A stretch of 64,000 bases of DNA, from the NCBI GenBank assembly GCA_951406725.2, contig OX597815.1:104780001-104844000 (forward strand), given 5' to 3'. The notes beneath the pieces are model-generated. The model ran no database searches and was not told the DNA's origin. It worked only from the letters and a program-made list of their open reading frames with translations. The stretch comes from Octopus vulgaris. Lineage: Eukaryota. The number at the start of each line of letters is the position of its first letter. Positions within the stretch are counted from its first letter, which is position 1. This document shows positions 42,724 to 56,116 of the stretch, piece by piece. The translations under genes and the position numbers were made by a program.

Positions 42724-42726
<3 letters not shown>
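41705..42726 (-). mobile_element. Penelope-like element fragment with ~50-bp inverted ends
   Basis: PKIINLSKKILSTTKTKILARGLNFTPTS..EIKDNTTDFCRKLR (41920-42123); imperfect inverted repeats at 41705-41756 and 42675-42726; right end in (TA)n. Confidence 0.8.
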
Positions 42727-42807
<81 letters not shown>

Positions 42808-42973
42808 ATTTCCGGAAAAGGAACATGAATCAGAATAAGAACAGTAATAAACGAGTACAGAATGAATATATACTGCGTGTGTTTATTTGGCAAAAGAAAA
42901 AAATGACCGTCCCGAAATACAACAATATCTGTTTCAGCACACAAATTTCACAGCAGAAATCTTGCAACACAAA

Positions 42974-43030
<57 letters not shown>

Positions 43031-43033
<3 letters not shown>

Positions 43034-43149
43034 ACATGGTCACATGACCGACCAGACCATCAAATGTTGTTACACATCGCTGGTCACAATGCGTTCGCAT
43101 TGTTTTAGCCTTTGAATGACGCCAACCCGCTGGCTAAGCGAGCAGGCCA

Positions 43150-43181
<32 letters not shown>

Positions 43182-43318
43182 ATCACGTGACCTCTTTAAA
43201 TCACGTGATCACGTGACCGACCAGTCCATCAGATGTAGTTACACATCGCTGGTCACAATGCGTTCGCATTGTTTTAGCCTTCAAATGACGCCACCCCGCT
43301 GGCTAAGCGAGCAGGCCA
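43031..43318 (-). mobile_element. Two ~120-bp copies of a probable LINE 3' end embedded in (TA)n
   Basis: Direct repeats 43031-43149 and 43201-43318 (GACCGACCAG..GCTAAGCGAGCAGGCCA) with CACGTGAT tail-like repeats at their left end. Confidence 0.65.
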
Positions 43319-44232
43319 TATATGTATATATATATGTATATGTATGTATGTATGTATGTACATATATATATGTATGTATATATATATATACATATATACA
43401 TATATATATATACATGTACATATACACACACACACACATATATATCCCCTTTACCGTTTCCTCTCTCGTTACTGACATGTGATCAGAGGGAAGCCATCTT
43501 TCTAATGCTGTCTTCACCATGACAAGACCGCTTATCCTGTCTCTTTAAGCTGTCCCCTCAAGCGATCAGAATAACTTTTCCATAGTATTGGCTTAACAGC
43601 CCTCATCGTTTGTTTTTACTGTTTTATTCTCTTTGTTCTGTCTTTTACTGTTTTTACTTTTATTGTTTTACTGTCTTGTTTTGTTCTTACTGTCCTGTTC
43701 TTGTTACCACATTTACCCCTCCTTGCAGAGGATGTCGTCATTCATGCCTCTCATTAACAGTCTATACAATACACCTAACTGAGAATACCTGACAACAATT
43801 CCATATAACAATTCAAATTCCGTATACTCAGTTGTATTCAAGGTTTCACCTAAGATTGCAATCCCATCAAGAATTCGAGCTCGGGAAGGGAAAGTCGTAC
43901 TTCATAAAACAGCTGTCTATCTACCAGACTCTGCATAACGAAGATAAGAAACACGAACATTAGAGGTGAGGATCCATACTCAACAAAACATACAGATGTC
44001 ATAATCAACTGGAAACTATATTGAGTCGATGAATCAAACAACAACACCTAAATTATACACATACTACTGAACCATAGTGCACCAAACACACAGTAGGATC
44101 ATAAAAAGGAGGCACGACATAGGAGAAAACGAAAAGTAGTGTTTGGTGCTAATGTATGCAGGTTTATAATAAACAAGATCTCAATAGAAATAGAACAATT
44201 CATACACAAAACACTCATAAAACTAAACATAC

Positions 44233-44388
44233 AGGCGCAGGAGTGGCAGTGTGGTAAGTAGCTTGCTTAACAACCAACATGCTTCGTGCTTCGGGGTTCA
44301 GTCCCACTGCGTGACACTTCTACTATAACCTCGGGCCTACCAAACCTTGTGAGTGTATTTGGTAGATGGAAACTGAAAGAAGCACGTC

Positions 44389-44461
<73 letters not shown>

Positions 44462-44740
44462 AGGGTAGAAAATTTAGAGAGATTTTTTTACCAATGGCCA
44501 GTATGTGTAATAAAGTCAATGGACAACATATTTTTCAAACAAAATAGTGTACAAATAATTTATGTATTTATACACAAGGAGGCGGCCTTTTAATTGCATT
44601 CTCTTTGAAATTACTTTTATTCGCGGTTTGGGCTTTAACTTCCCTTTCTAGCATGTAAGATGTCCTGTTAAAGGTCACCTCTTTTGTGTATAAATACGTA
44701 AATTATTTGTACACTATTTTATATATATATATATGTATGC

Positions 44741-44774
<34 letters not shown>

Positions 44775-44995
44775 CTGTCTGTGCGTCTGTATTTGTCCCC
44801 ACCATCGTTTGACAACCGATACTGGTGTGTTTACGTCCCTGTAACTTTGCGGTACGGCAAAAGAGACCGATAGAATAAGTACTAGGCTTACAAAGAATAA
44901 GTCCTGGGGTCGATTTCTTCGACTAAAGGCGGTGCTCCAGCATAGCTGCAGTCAAATGACTGGAACAAATAAAAGAGTAAAAAGAGTAAAGAGTA
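44233..44995 (+). mobile_element. SINE, 22392 family, interrupted by a nested insertion in its internal microsatellite
   Basis: Head half 44233-44390 and tail half about 44770-44995 match 22392; foreign 260 bp at 44461-44720. Confidence 0.9.
44461..44720. mobile_element. Fold-back PLE-like terminal fragment nested in the SINE (TA)n
   Basis: Inverted arms 44541-44593 and 44668-44720 (AAAATAGTGTACAAATAATTTA..) plus a one-sided ~80-bp extension. Confidence 0.6.
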
Positions 44996-45099
44996 CACTT
45001 GCGAACCGAAATAAAAACTATCACAATATAATGAAAGCACGATAACAACGCTCGACACACAAAGAGATGAGACCGCAAAATTCAAAGAAAATTATTCAA

Positions 45100-46130
45100 C
45101 ATAAATGGCAACATGAACTGGTCACTTAAAACACAAAAAAGACAAGTGTTCGCAAATAGAAGTAAACACGAGAGGAAAATAAAGAAAATGGAACATGGAA
45201 CTTTACCAAACATGACATCACAGAAAAGGGCGATTTCAATTACCTAGTTACAGCATAAATATACTTTGGCACCACATATAAGAACGAAAAGAATTATAAC
45301 GAACATCAAAACAGAATGAATTAACACTGTGGAAATCTATCAGAGAACTATAGAACATAAAAATGACCATAACAAAATCAATAGAACTCGATCAATGGAA
45401 ACATACCCGCAAGCTACAGATAAAGAAATGCTTCTGAAAATGCTATTAAAAGAACAGCCAAGCCCTGCAACGTATTTTCATTTAATGGTAATAGGGTAAA
45501 GTATAGAAGTTTCACATTCGTAGCATTTGCATTTTCGAGGAAAACTGAATTGCTTTACAAATAAGAAAATCTTTCCTCACTCAAGTCTAACAAAATAAAA
45601 AGAGGAGCAAGGGTTATAAGAAAAAAAACATAACTGAATATGGAAAATATATATTAAGAAGGAATAATTCATGGAAGTGGAAAAAAATTAAAACGATTGA
45701 TCCTGGCAAAGACATGCCTGACAAGACTTTTAAATATGAGAGAGCATCTTTCCACCGGGATTGTATATATGAAACAAATACGAAAATATTCTTCTTAGAC
45801 ATATCACAGCGGTATTTACGTCACAAACAAGAGATATCCAGTCAAACTTCATATATATCAAAATATATATCTGGATAAAAATTGCACATTATTATGCAAA
45901 ACAACACCACAAGTATGAATCGACATCACTATCGGGAAAAGTACAACAGACTCAAGACCGCAAGAAAATGGAAGGATCTCGGAATATGAATCCCGAGAAT
46001 ATGAAATGCATTCAATGAATTAATAGAGACCATAATCAACTCTCGGGAGGTGCTGTAAAAAAAGAGTAGTATTATTGCTAACAGCAGACCAACCAGCAGT
46101 TTGTAAACTAACAAACTTTTAATTGTTTAG
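45100..46130 (+). mobile_element. Ancient R4/Dong-like LINE remnant (possibly continuing at 47730-48190)
   Basis: RKWNMELY, AFNELIE and IIANSRPTSSL*TNKLL resembling NYRPITCL.T.YKLL. Confidence 0.35.
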
Positions 46131-46837
46131 TCGGAAGGAATGGGCTGTTACTATCACCTACACAAGCTCTCCAGTATTAATGATACTGCCTCAGTTAATG
46201 ATTCTCTTTAACAGTTACGTATTGATTCCAGGAAAAATTAAGGCGGAAAGGACATCAGTCAGAATATAAGCATCGAATTTAAGCTTAGAATAGATTGATT
46301 ACCGAAAAACATTATACAACATCACAATCAAAACCTATGAATAATGAACCACTCGTCACGCCCCGGTACTAAGGCCCTATGTAATAACTACACCATGTTA
46401 AATGAGTACTTCAACGACACGTCAGACTAAAGAGATTATAAGAAAATAATAAGTTGCTGTGGAGACTGTTTAATCTCATTTCTTTGTTTATATCACTCTA
46501 AGTCCACAAATAAATCTATGAAATTAAGCAATCAATTACAAATATTATGATTAAACATTAAACATCATTCTAAATCTACATGAAATGATACTCATGGATA
46601 GAGATGTTAAAATGTATATGTAATTATACAAATTAGATTAAAATATTGAATCACACGTTTCTAACAGAAGCAGCCATACATGTACCTAAGGAGTAGATGA
46701 AGCTGAGATTCAACAATGTAGAAACAGGAAATTGGATAAGACTAGCACAGAAGAGTCAGGCTAGTATTAACAATGGCACCCAATAGGATTATACATTAAC
46801 CATCTCAATCATTAAAATTAAATTTAAATAACATATT

Positions 46838-47550
46838 GTATAGAGAAAAACAGCTTGTCTTAAATCTCTGAGTGAGAGATATACAGTAACAGTACCGAAC
46901 AGTAAAGTTTATATGGCAACATAATGTGAAAGTCCTATAAAGAACGATGTTACTGTTGTTTTAGCCCCAGGAAAAGATGTGGCACGCGACACACAGTTCT
47001 GTATAAGCATTTGCAAGGGAGATCATTACTCCCATCTCTAGCCTTACGGGATACTTACAGACCTAGGTTTCTGAGTGGTTACCCGTCCTCAGTGTGAGAC
47101 AATTACAGGCTACTGACGAAAACTCTCTTCACTCACAAATACTATATTTTCTTTAAGCGACACACAATTGCTGATCTCGTATAGAGAAAAACAACTTGTT
47201 TTCAATCTCTGGGCGAGAGATATACAGTAACAGTACCGAATAGTAAAGTTTATATGCCAACAGAATGTGACAGTTCTGTAAACGTTGCTGTCATTCTTGT
47301 TTTAGCCCCAGGAACTTTCTTCACTAGCCTGTGGTTGTCTCACACGGAGTATAGGTAACCACCCAAAAACCTAGGTGTGTGAGTATCACGTAAGGCTAGA
47401 GATGGGACCGATGACCACCCTTTCCATTGTTATTCGGACACAAACTCTGTGTCGATAGCCAGCGGGAAAAGATGTTTTCCTGGAGCTAAAACAACAGTAA
47501 CATCGTCCTTTATAGGACTGCCACATTCTGTTGGCATATAAACTTTATTA
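46838..47550. mobile_element. 341-bp unit in tandem plus inverted arrangement (PLE pseudo-LTR / retrozyme-like)
   Basis: Unit 46838-47178, partial direct copy 47179-47314, inverted copy about 47315-47550; CTGACGA at 47113-47119 and GAAAAACAGCTTGTC at the unit start. Confidence 0.65.
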
Positions 47551-50500
47551 ACACATTCTAATTTAAGTGAATTGAAAAGCCGAGATGAGAATATATGTAT
47601 AACTACGTATATGTATAACTATACGCTGCATTTAAAACCCGCCATCCTGAAAGAAAGGATACACTTTGCACGCTCCCAATGAAGGGACGATAACATGCAT
47701 ACATAAAGCTGCTATAAAATTCTGAAAGATATTAGAGGCAGGTAAAACTGATAAGAGAAGATAAAAAATAAATTTAAATCCAGGTATATAATGAAAAGTA
47801 ACCGATATACACGAAGTTAATTATACCGAAGGAAAATGATTAGATAACGGCAAAAGGCAAAAGATAGCTCAAAGCTGAATTTCAAAAAAGAAATGAAAGG
47901 TAGAGAGTAGTTTATGATATTAAATTAGATTAGAATTTGTTAAGGGGCCGAAACAAGGCAAAATACATGAAATACAGAACCCCTACATCAAGACAAGTGG
48001 AGAAATGGCAGATTGTATAAAAAAGGAAAACATAATGATTATTCTGCAATACTTGAGATAGTCGGTGTGAACTAACAGGAGAGTCAACAATGATTCAAAA
48101 TTATCGGAATAAAGCTGTAAACTGAACAGCTGATTGCAACTACAAAACATATATGTCTAGCCATATAATGAAATGTCAAAACAAGAAATGTCAACTACAA
48201 ACAAATAAACATAAATATACAACCGTCTATGTTACTTCTAATTGCACAAACATCGTAAATATAGAATGTAATCACAGACTTGATTGAAAATGTGATGTAG
48301 TAATACCAATCATGTACTAATTGTCTAATCTGAAAACAACTAGTGTCATTTCGTGTCAAATTTGGTTTTCGGGTTATATCTGACCAGATTGAAAAGGGTG
48401 TCAAAGTCAGCTATCCAAGTATCCTAAAGGAGGCTGAGGAGCGCTGGATTCAAGCCGAGGTTGAGAGGGTGGCTCTTTATTGTGGTGGAGGTTCAAAGCC
48501 ATCCTCTGAGTATCTACTAAAAGAAGAGCATGTTAAGTAAAGAGTATACAGAGTTAGAGAAGAAAAACTAATGCCATTATATCTGGCTGTAAGTGAGTTC
48601 CAGTAATACCTGGGAAATTATGCCTGCAACAAACCGGTTATTCGTTCAAGGAAAGTTTTGTAAATACAGTTACTTACACACCATGGAAACCGAGTTAAAT
48701 TCCGGTCTTACAAGTCGTAAGGCTCATGAAAGACAAAAGTCATATAATTATGTATCTGATAAGGTTTTAATGAGCGGCAGAATCACTTGTTTAACCATAG
48801 ATTAACTTTGAGCATTGTTTCAACTTCGATCATGCATGATCGAAGGCATTTAAGCCGTGGCTAGTTTTAGATACATTCTATTTAGAACTACAGAGTCGTT
48901 TCATGAGCTTTCTATTTTTTTTTTAAATTTCTCCTTCGACAATTCAGTCATTACGTATATTCAAGTTCGATTCTTGCTGCCAGAATGAATGAACGAAATA
49001 TTTTGGCGGATGAAGGTGTTGCTTTTACATGAAATGGATTAACCGAATTGTGCAAAAAATATTTTATAGTGGAATATTTAAAACAAATGATAGTCAGATA
49101 GAAATAGTGATAAGCAGTATTAGATGAAATGCAGACACACAACTATTCATAAATTATTTCAACCGATAGGATACAACAAAATTAAGTGGAGGAAAAGATT
49201 AAGAATGATTAATATGCACACAGCATAATAAAACACTTAAAAGAGAAACAAGCATCTGATATAAATTACCAAATTTCCCTGATGTATCTGGCTCATAAAT
49301 AAAGACTTACTCAAGTAGAAAGAAAATTAACTAGTGGGAACAAGATAGAAGGAAAGAAAATAAACATATACGTTAGTTAGAGTACAGTTTGTTTAGCAAG
49401 ATATATCAACCAGGCAGATAAAAGAAGGAAGAGGCACTGCATTATAAAGTGCTAAAATTGGGGGCGATTGAACTACGATATATTTATATATATCGTAAAC
49501 AATATGCCAAATGATAATAAATTGAAGCTGAAGTGTCAGCGTTCTATTTCTGTATCTTCTGGTAAATGAAATTCAGGCCAAAAAAAAAAATATATATATA
49601 TATTTAAAAACTGTACAATTTTTCCTTAAAAAATAAATGAATTTAATTAATACAACTCAATGGACTAAATAACAATGTAAACACAAGTTTTCTATGCGAT
49701 TGATGTGCAGTAAAAAAGAAAGAGGGACTCCCTGACAGACCGTTTCATGGTTTGTTAACCACTCCTCGGAATAGTTACTCCTGGCTATCCTAATACTTAA
49801 TTATAAAATAGGTGGATTAAAGGGGCTTGAAACGAATCCACTGGGAATCATATCTGTAAGAATAAAGCTAAACATATATCTTTTGTGAACACATTATTAT
49901 TAGTTAGATAAATACTATATATCGTAAACATTCAAGTGCGTACTGCAAAAAAAGGGACTGCAAAAACATACGAGTAAGCGCAGATACAGAGACACAGATT
50001 TCCAAATAAGCACAAAGGTGAAACGTACGTAGGAACAACTATATATAACTTGTGTTTCTCTTAATTTCTCATGTTTGTGTGCGCACGCACACACACACAC
50101 ACACACACATACACAGGTGTATATATACAGAGACAGAGAGAGACAAAGAGAGAGTTGAATGTATGTTTCAAACACCTTGTACGAAAAAGCGACTGTGTTC
50201 TGATCTTATCTTTTTATGAAGACATTTTCATATATTTGTATGAATTCCTTGCAATTTGTTGGGAACTAATGTTCCTAAATCCATTAATTATGTTACATCT
50301 TTTTTATCTCATTTTCAGGATGAAATGGCTTTGATATGTGTTGTAGGCCCAATATGACCCTTAAATTATACACTCAGAGATTTTGTTGGTTGTTTCTGAC
50401 AAGTGCGTGCTATCTTTGTGCTTATTTTAGTATTGTTTTGTATTATGGGCATTGGTTCCGTCATATATTGTCTTATTTTTTGTGGGATTATATAAAATAT

Positions 50501-52839
50501 AATAGCATTGCCACTAACATGTCCTATCTAGTTTTGTTTTGTGTAGTTTAGTGCATTGAAACCCTTACTTGTTGTATGTGCATAGTATTATACTCGTATG
50601 ACCATTATAATAGGTTAAAAGTTTTAAGTATGCAATCGAATTCAAAATCACATTAGTCATTTGTAGCTTCTACCTGTTATTTATCTATTGGATTATTTTT
50701 TATGTTCATTGTTTATGTGTAGATATTGCTTGGAGATTTGTTTATTATGATATAGATGCTGAATTTCAGCACACAAACAGACATACTTGCATAATTCTAA
50801 TATACGAACTGAGTGTGTGTTGGGTTTGGACTCACTACTGAACTTCTATAAAGATTGATGAATTGTTCATTATTGAGATAAAGAACAAATTTATTAGTAG
50901 TGAGGAAATCAAATCTCTTGATCAGAAGCAGAAATTGATCAACGCACTTATATTTTATTGAATGTAAAATTATTCACACTGACTGGTGATTACTTAATAC
51001 ATGGCAGTAATTAATTACAGCAGAATTATAATGAACTCATGTTATAAGTTGACTATGACATAACCACGGTAAGAATGTGAAAGGATTCGTGGATACTGTT
51101 AACTGTAAGTTTAATGGTTCAAACATTTTCATATTCTCAATTATTAGGAGATGAATATAGATTCTATGTTTTGACAATATCACTTCGTCTATTCAGGTGT
51201 TTTTAGTATTCCTTTATTTATATTTAATTATTGCCTTCATCAAGAATCCGTTCAGTATCAACAGAATATTGAAATGTTTTCCTCGATGAAAAGCAAGAGA
51301 GACGCAAATAATCGGTGGAGAATATATCAAATTCTTTCTCATTGATGCTAGACACTTTAATTCCATCAATCTGCGTATTCCTGCGTCCTTCTAAAACTCT
51401 GTATAGTATTAATTCTTTGTCCAATCCTTAAACTGAAGAAATGATAGCTACTGAAATATCGTAGATCACATTTTCTAACAGAGTAATCATGGTATATTGG
51501 GGTCGAGTCAACAAGCAGCTTACAATCATTCTCTCTTAAATAGTGATAAGAAGAATTCATTTGACTAGAGGAAACTGCCACCTGAACAGTTACAAGCATA
51601 AAGACGTTTGTAATAATTAAGCTTGACATTTACGAGAAACCCATTATTTCTTATAGATAAATTATTAACAACTGAAATGATATGATATCGGTATGCCGTT
51701 ATACATAACTGAGAACTATAAAATGGGTTAGATAGTTATGATTGTACCCATGTCAATATATTTGAAGATGACCAGACATAATTTAGGGATTTAAACACGT
51801 TTCAGAAATATTAAACTAAATTTTACAAAAATAGAACTTTGAATAACACAAATAAAAAAAAACATAAGAAAATACAAGAAAATTGACCCTAGGAAACCAT
51901 GATAAAATTAATATCTTTGCATAAACTACCATTGATTTCATATAACAGAATCTGTAGTAAGTTCTATGGGAGGTTGAGTACCTTTATTAGTAATGATGCC
52001 GAAGGAAACTTTGCCCAGAGTAGATAAGATAAGCCACCAGCCCCAAAGCAGAGGATTGGTGGAATTATTAGTAAAATGAACGAACTTCCCTGTATCTAAC
52101 CGATGAAGTTGGTGACTCTTGGAAATAATCGAAAAAGGTCAGACGAAATCACATTGGTATTCATCTAAAGAGCTATGCGCTTATCAAAAACATCATAAGC
52201 AGTTGCTACTCGATATGCAACAAAGCGGCTAAATATTTGCAGTAATAACTATGTTATTTTATGTCAGGAATGATTAAGAAATGCAGTAAAACCTTTGAAA
52301 TATATTTATAGTATTTCTCCATTTACTCACATCCAATTTGGGTAAATGGAGAAATATTCATCATTTAACGCTACTTGCGGAATTGCTATAATTTACTGGA
52401 TTGCTAAATTAAAACTGAATACATAAGTAATGCAAAGTGTGGTAGTCAAAATGACATACTCTGTAACACAATTTTAAACTTTATAACGCACACAATTACG
52501 TTTTCATAATCTAATACATAGTATATAAATGATGCTACATTTATGTGACCCTGGAGTCGTAAATAATAACGTTAAGGCAGTTCCTTTCTGATTCCAATTG
52601 GGAAAGTGAGATCAAATAAAATAATATATTTAGTACAATGCAATATTGTTTCTGTCAAGTCCTCGTCGACTTGCACATATGAACAGGTTACTTAATAAAA
52701 CATAAAATCGGAGGCCATTCATTAAACTAGTGAATATGTGTTGTAGGATGTTTATGTTTATCCTACTCGTTGCCACCACTTCTCGTAGAATTTATCGTCA
52801 GTAGGTGGTACACAAGCAATCAAAACAAACGATTGGGCG

Positions 52840-53050
52840 TTCTACTACCCCCAGCATGGCTAGTCAAAGTTGGCTGGGCTTATGCCACCACCACCCAGTC
52901 GTTTCCGTCCCATTCGCATTTCATCAACTCTTCCACAGGCCTCGCATTAACCACTATGCTTAGTCCTTTCTAGAACGTTTTTCCCATGAATTCCTTTACT
53001 GCTCATGATTTTTTGGCAGAAGTCGACAAAATTTCAAGAGAACAAGTGAT
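52840..53050 (+). mobile_element. CR1-group LINE 3' ORF-end fragment
   Basis: LAGLMPPPPSRFRPIRISS..PRINHYA*SF; shares CGCATTAACCACTA with the 11850 region. Confidence 0.6.
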
Positions 53051-55379
53051 AATGCTTACATCTTTTACCAGTCCAGGAGGGTCTGTGTCGGTTATGGGCA
53101 TTACTCTTCCTTCTTGTTCCAGTGAATCAAAATAAAGTAGTTCTGTATATTTTCATTTTATATTTATTTATTTATTCAAGGTCGATTTTTCTTTCCTTTC
53201 CTTGTTTTGGTTCGATAAAATAATGAATACTGTGTAATAAATCCAATCAACAATATCTCATCCTTTACAAAATTTGTCTACTAACCAATCAAAAGAAATA
53301 ACTATCCTAATGTCATAAAGACATCATAAATTGTTAAAGTATCTTGAATTCTAGATCAATTATTGTGGCATGGCGATATAACATTTGTTTAGCAAATCAA
53401 TCGGATCATGAACAAAAGTGAATAATTATGAAGTACCGATGGACGAAAGAGTGAATAAATGATGAGGTAATGTTATTGGATGCTGAATAACAGATGGACA
53501 TATTTGGAGACATAATATATACTTTTAATTAATGTAACACCACTGAATGTTTCTAACGCAGGTAAAAATGGGTCAGATAAGAAGATAAGATCAGAAGATA
53601 AAGAAATCAACTATCTAAGATCATATTTCAATGCTTACACTAATGCTTATGTCTACCTTTGCATGACGAGAAATTTGTCAGACTTTCTATTTTAGAGTGT
53701 GAAGTTAGTTCTTTTGGATTGTTATACAGAAGGACAGATAAAAGAAAAACGGATGAGTTTTCTTTAACAATTAATGTTTAATAGGAGAATGAAAGCAATA
53801 AAAAAAAACTCGAGCCCCTCGAGCTCCTTCATGCATTAGAGCTCCTTGAGCTCCTTCATGCACCATGTAATGTCAATAACAATACGTTCTGTTATGGTCA
53901 TAGAAATTTCTTAATTCTTTCACCGCCACCGCAACCAAACCCAAACGATAAAAGAAAAGTTCACCTTTGCTTATGTAAACATTGAGACGAGATTTGCCAA
54001 ACGGTAAAATGGCTCCTACAAATCCTAACACCTCTACTGCCGTTAACTTTGTAGCAATATCCCAACAAGCTCAATCAGTAGAATAGCTTAAATAGTCATG
54101 TGTAATTTTGATAGACTTCATATTGTTTAAATTTAGAGAGATGCTCGAAACTCACACGAATTTATTTCGACTCATCGATAAAAAGCATAGAATGATTAAA
54201 ATTCTTTGCTATAATACAAAGACTAAATTATTTTTACATTCTAAATATTGCAGCAGAAGAATAGCAAAAGCTTGGGTTGACATAAAATAGAGTTATAGGA
54301 AAACCAACAAATAAATGATATTTTTCTCACTTTCAAAAGCAAATATAATTTCATGAATAACGCATAAACATTACACTGGTGAGGCGTTTTCTTTCAAAAT
54401 AAACACGATATCTCCGTAGAGTGAATTCCTAGTGGTAATATTTCTATGGTTCATAATTCTCCCTTACCCTCACGTTAAACAGCTGTTGAATTTCGCAAGG
54501 TATATTACAGACAATTGACATAGAAATCAATTGATTCCCCTTACTTGACTTCAACGATGATCCTTCAAAGCAAAAATGGAATTCAGTCAATTTTATTATA
54601 AGATAATTATGTGTCATATCTTTTTAATAAATATTGACTATTGGTAAAAGAAACAGATGTTTCTCTAACTTCCTAACATTTATGATTAAGTCGGTAGTTT
54701 TACTTCTGTTTCATCTATATTCAATTTCAAAATGATGAAACATCAGGTGTGAAATTATTAGAAACTGTTAAAGCAAAATTTTTTTTTAATCTTTCAAATC
54801 AAAAAGACGATTGTTCTTAAAACAAATCAAACATAAAACTGGCTAGTGAGAAAGTTTAGTTTTATTACTCACCACACGTGAATACGGGTTAGAAATGTAG
54901 AATTTTCTAGAGAAGTTAGACTTTTCGAAATAAAGTAGTAAGTTTCTGAGATGATTTAAAATAAACGGCAGCTCATTTTAGATATGCCAGAAATACCTAG
55001 TCATAAAATTCCATACAAATTCTGACACTTTTCCAAGTGATTCCTAATAACAGTCAATATACTATTAGTCTCCATTCCATTTTCTTTAAAATTGATTATT
55101 ATTGGATGTGGATGCTATGCCTCAGATACATTTGTCAGGATGTAATATGTTATCGATTTGTAACTTCTTGCAAGAAAAATGTGGGGTAAAACTGAAAAGT
55201 TTCAAATCGTTTAAAATGACACTGAGTTGCATTTCGCTATTTAAACAACAAGAATTAAGGTTTAAAAAGGGAATCTCACTATTCAGTCGCCAAAACATAA
55301 CATCAGATAGGTTTCTTTTAATATATATAACAAAAAAAAGTTGCTAAAAGCTTGGCGATACCTGGCCAGAGGCCTACGC

Positions 55380-56006
55380 TAAGTTTTCAAAAAGTTTTCA
55401 TTGTTCTCGACACAATCAAGGAGATATTGTGCAACTGAAACCCGTTTGTCTTTTTGGTCAATTGAAAGCAATTTTGGCGCAAATTTTTGTAGAAATGCGT
55501 CTCGTACCCAAACCTTCAGTGATAATGGACTGAACTAAACTGTCACGAACCTGCACATCCTCTGAAAACTCACAGATGGTGATTCAAAGATTTCCCCTCA
55601 CAGATGCTCGTATATCTGCAATGTTTTTCTCAGTTCTGCTGGTTGCGGGTCTCCCAAAATGTTCGTCACTATCAACATTTTTTCGGCTATCTTAGAAACG
55701 TCTCAACCACTCGTCCACTTATGTGCGGCTCATACACTCGTCTCCATAAACTTTCTGCAACTTTGCGTAGGCCTCTGAGCAAATATCGCCATGACAACTT
55801 TCTCTGTCATAGTCAATGCGATGATAATACGCTATACACTTTACTTCCATGCAATACTGTAAACAGCGGAATTGAGCTAGAACGTTAAACTTTTCTGCGC
55901 ATGAACAGCAAAGGCCAAGGTCAATCTGTGCTAAACGGCTTTACTCTGCGTGTTATAGCTTCTTTACTATAGCAACAGTCCTGATACTTAGTGATCAGAC
56001 CTCGTA
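55380..56006 (-). mobile_element. Mariner transposon 5' half, decayed
   Basis: Terminal TACGAGGTCTGATCACTAAGTATCAGGACT on the minus strand; VQSIITEGLGTRRIST.FAPKLLSIDQKDKRVSVAQYLLDCVENNEN. Confidence 0.85.
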
Positions 56007-56011
56007 TATAA

Positions 56012-56031
56012 ACACACACACACACATACAG

Positions 56032-56113
<82 letters not shown>
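56012..56113. repeat. (CA)n-(TA)n microsatellite
   Basis: Directly visible. Confidence 0.97.

Positions 56114-56116
<3 letters not shown>

Noticed and set aside
42125-42826. 233-aa ORF
   Set aside because: Starts across a (TA)n array and runs through a low-complexity part of a decayed PLE; not a host gene.
43440-44050. Possible PLE-type 3' region with AAAACAGCTGTC near 43910
   Set aside because: No recognisable upstream core, ORF motif or inverted repeat.
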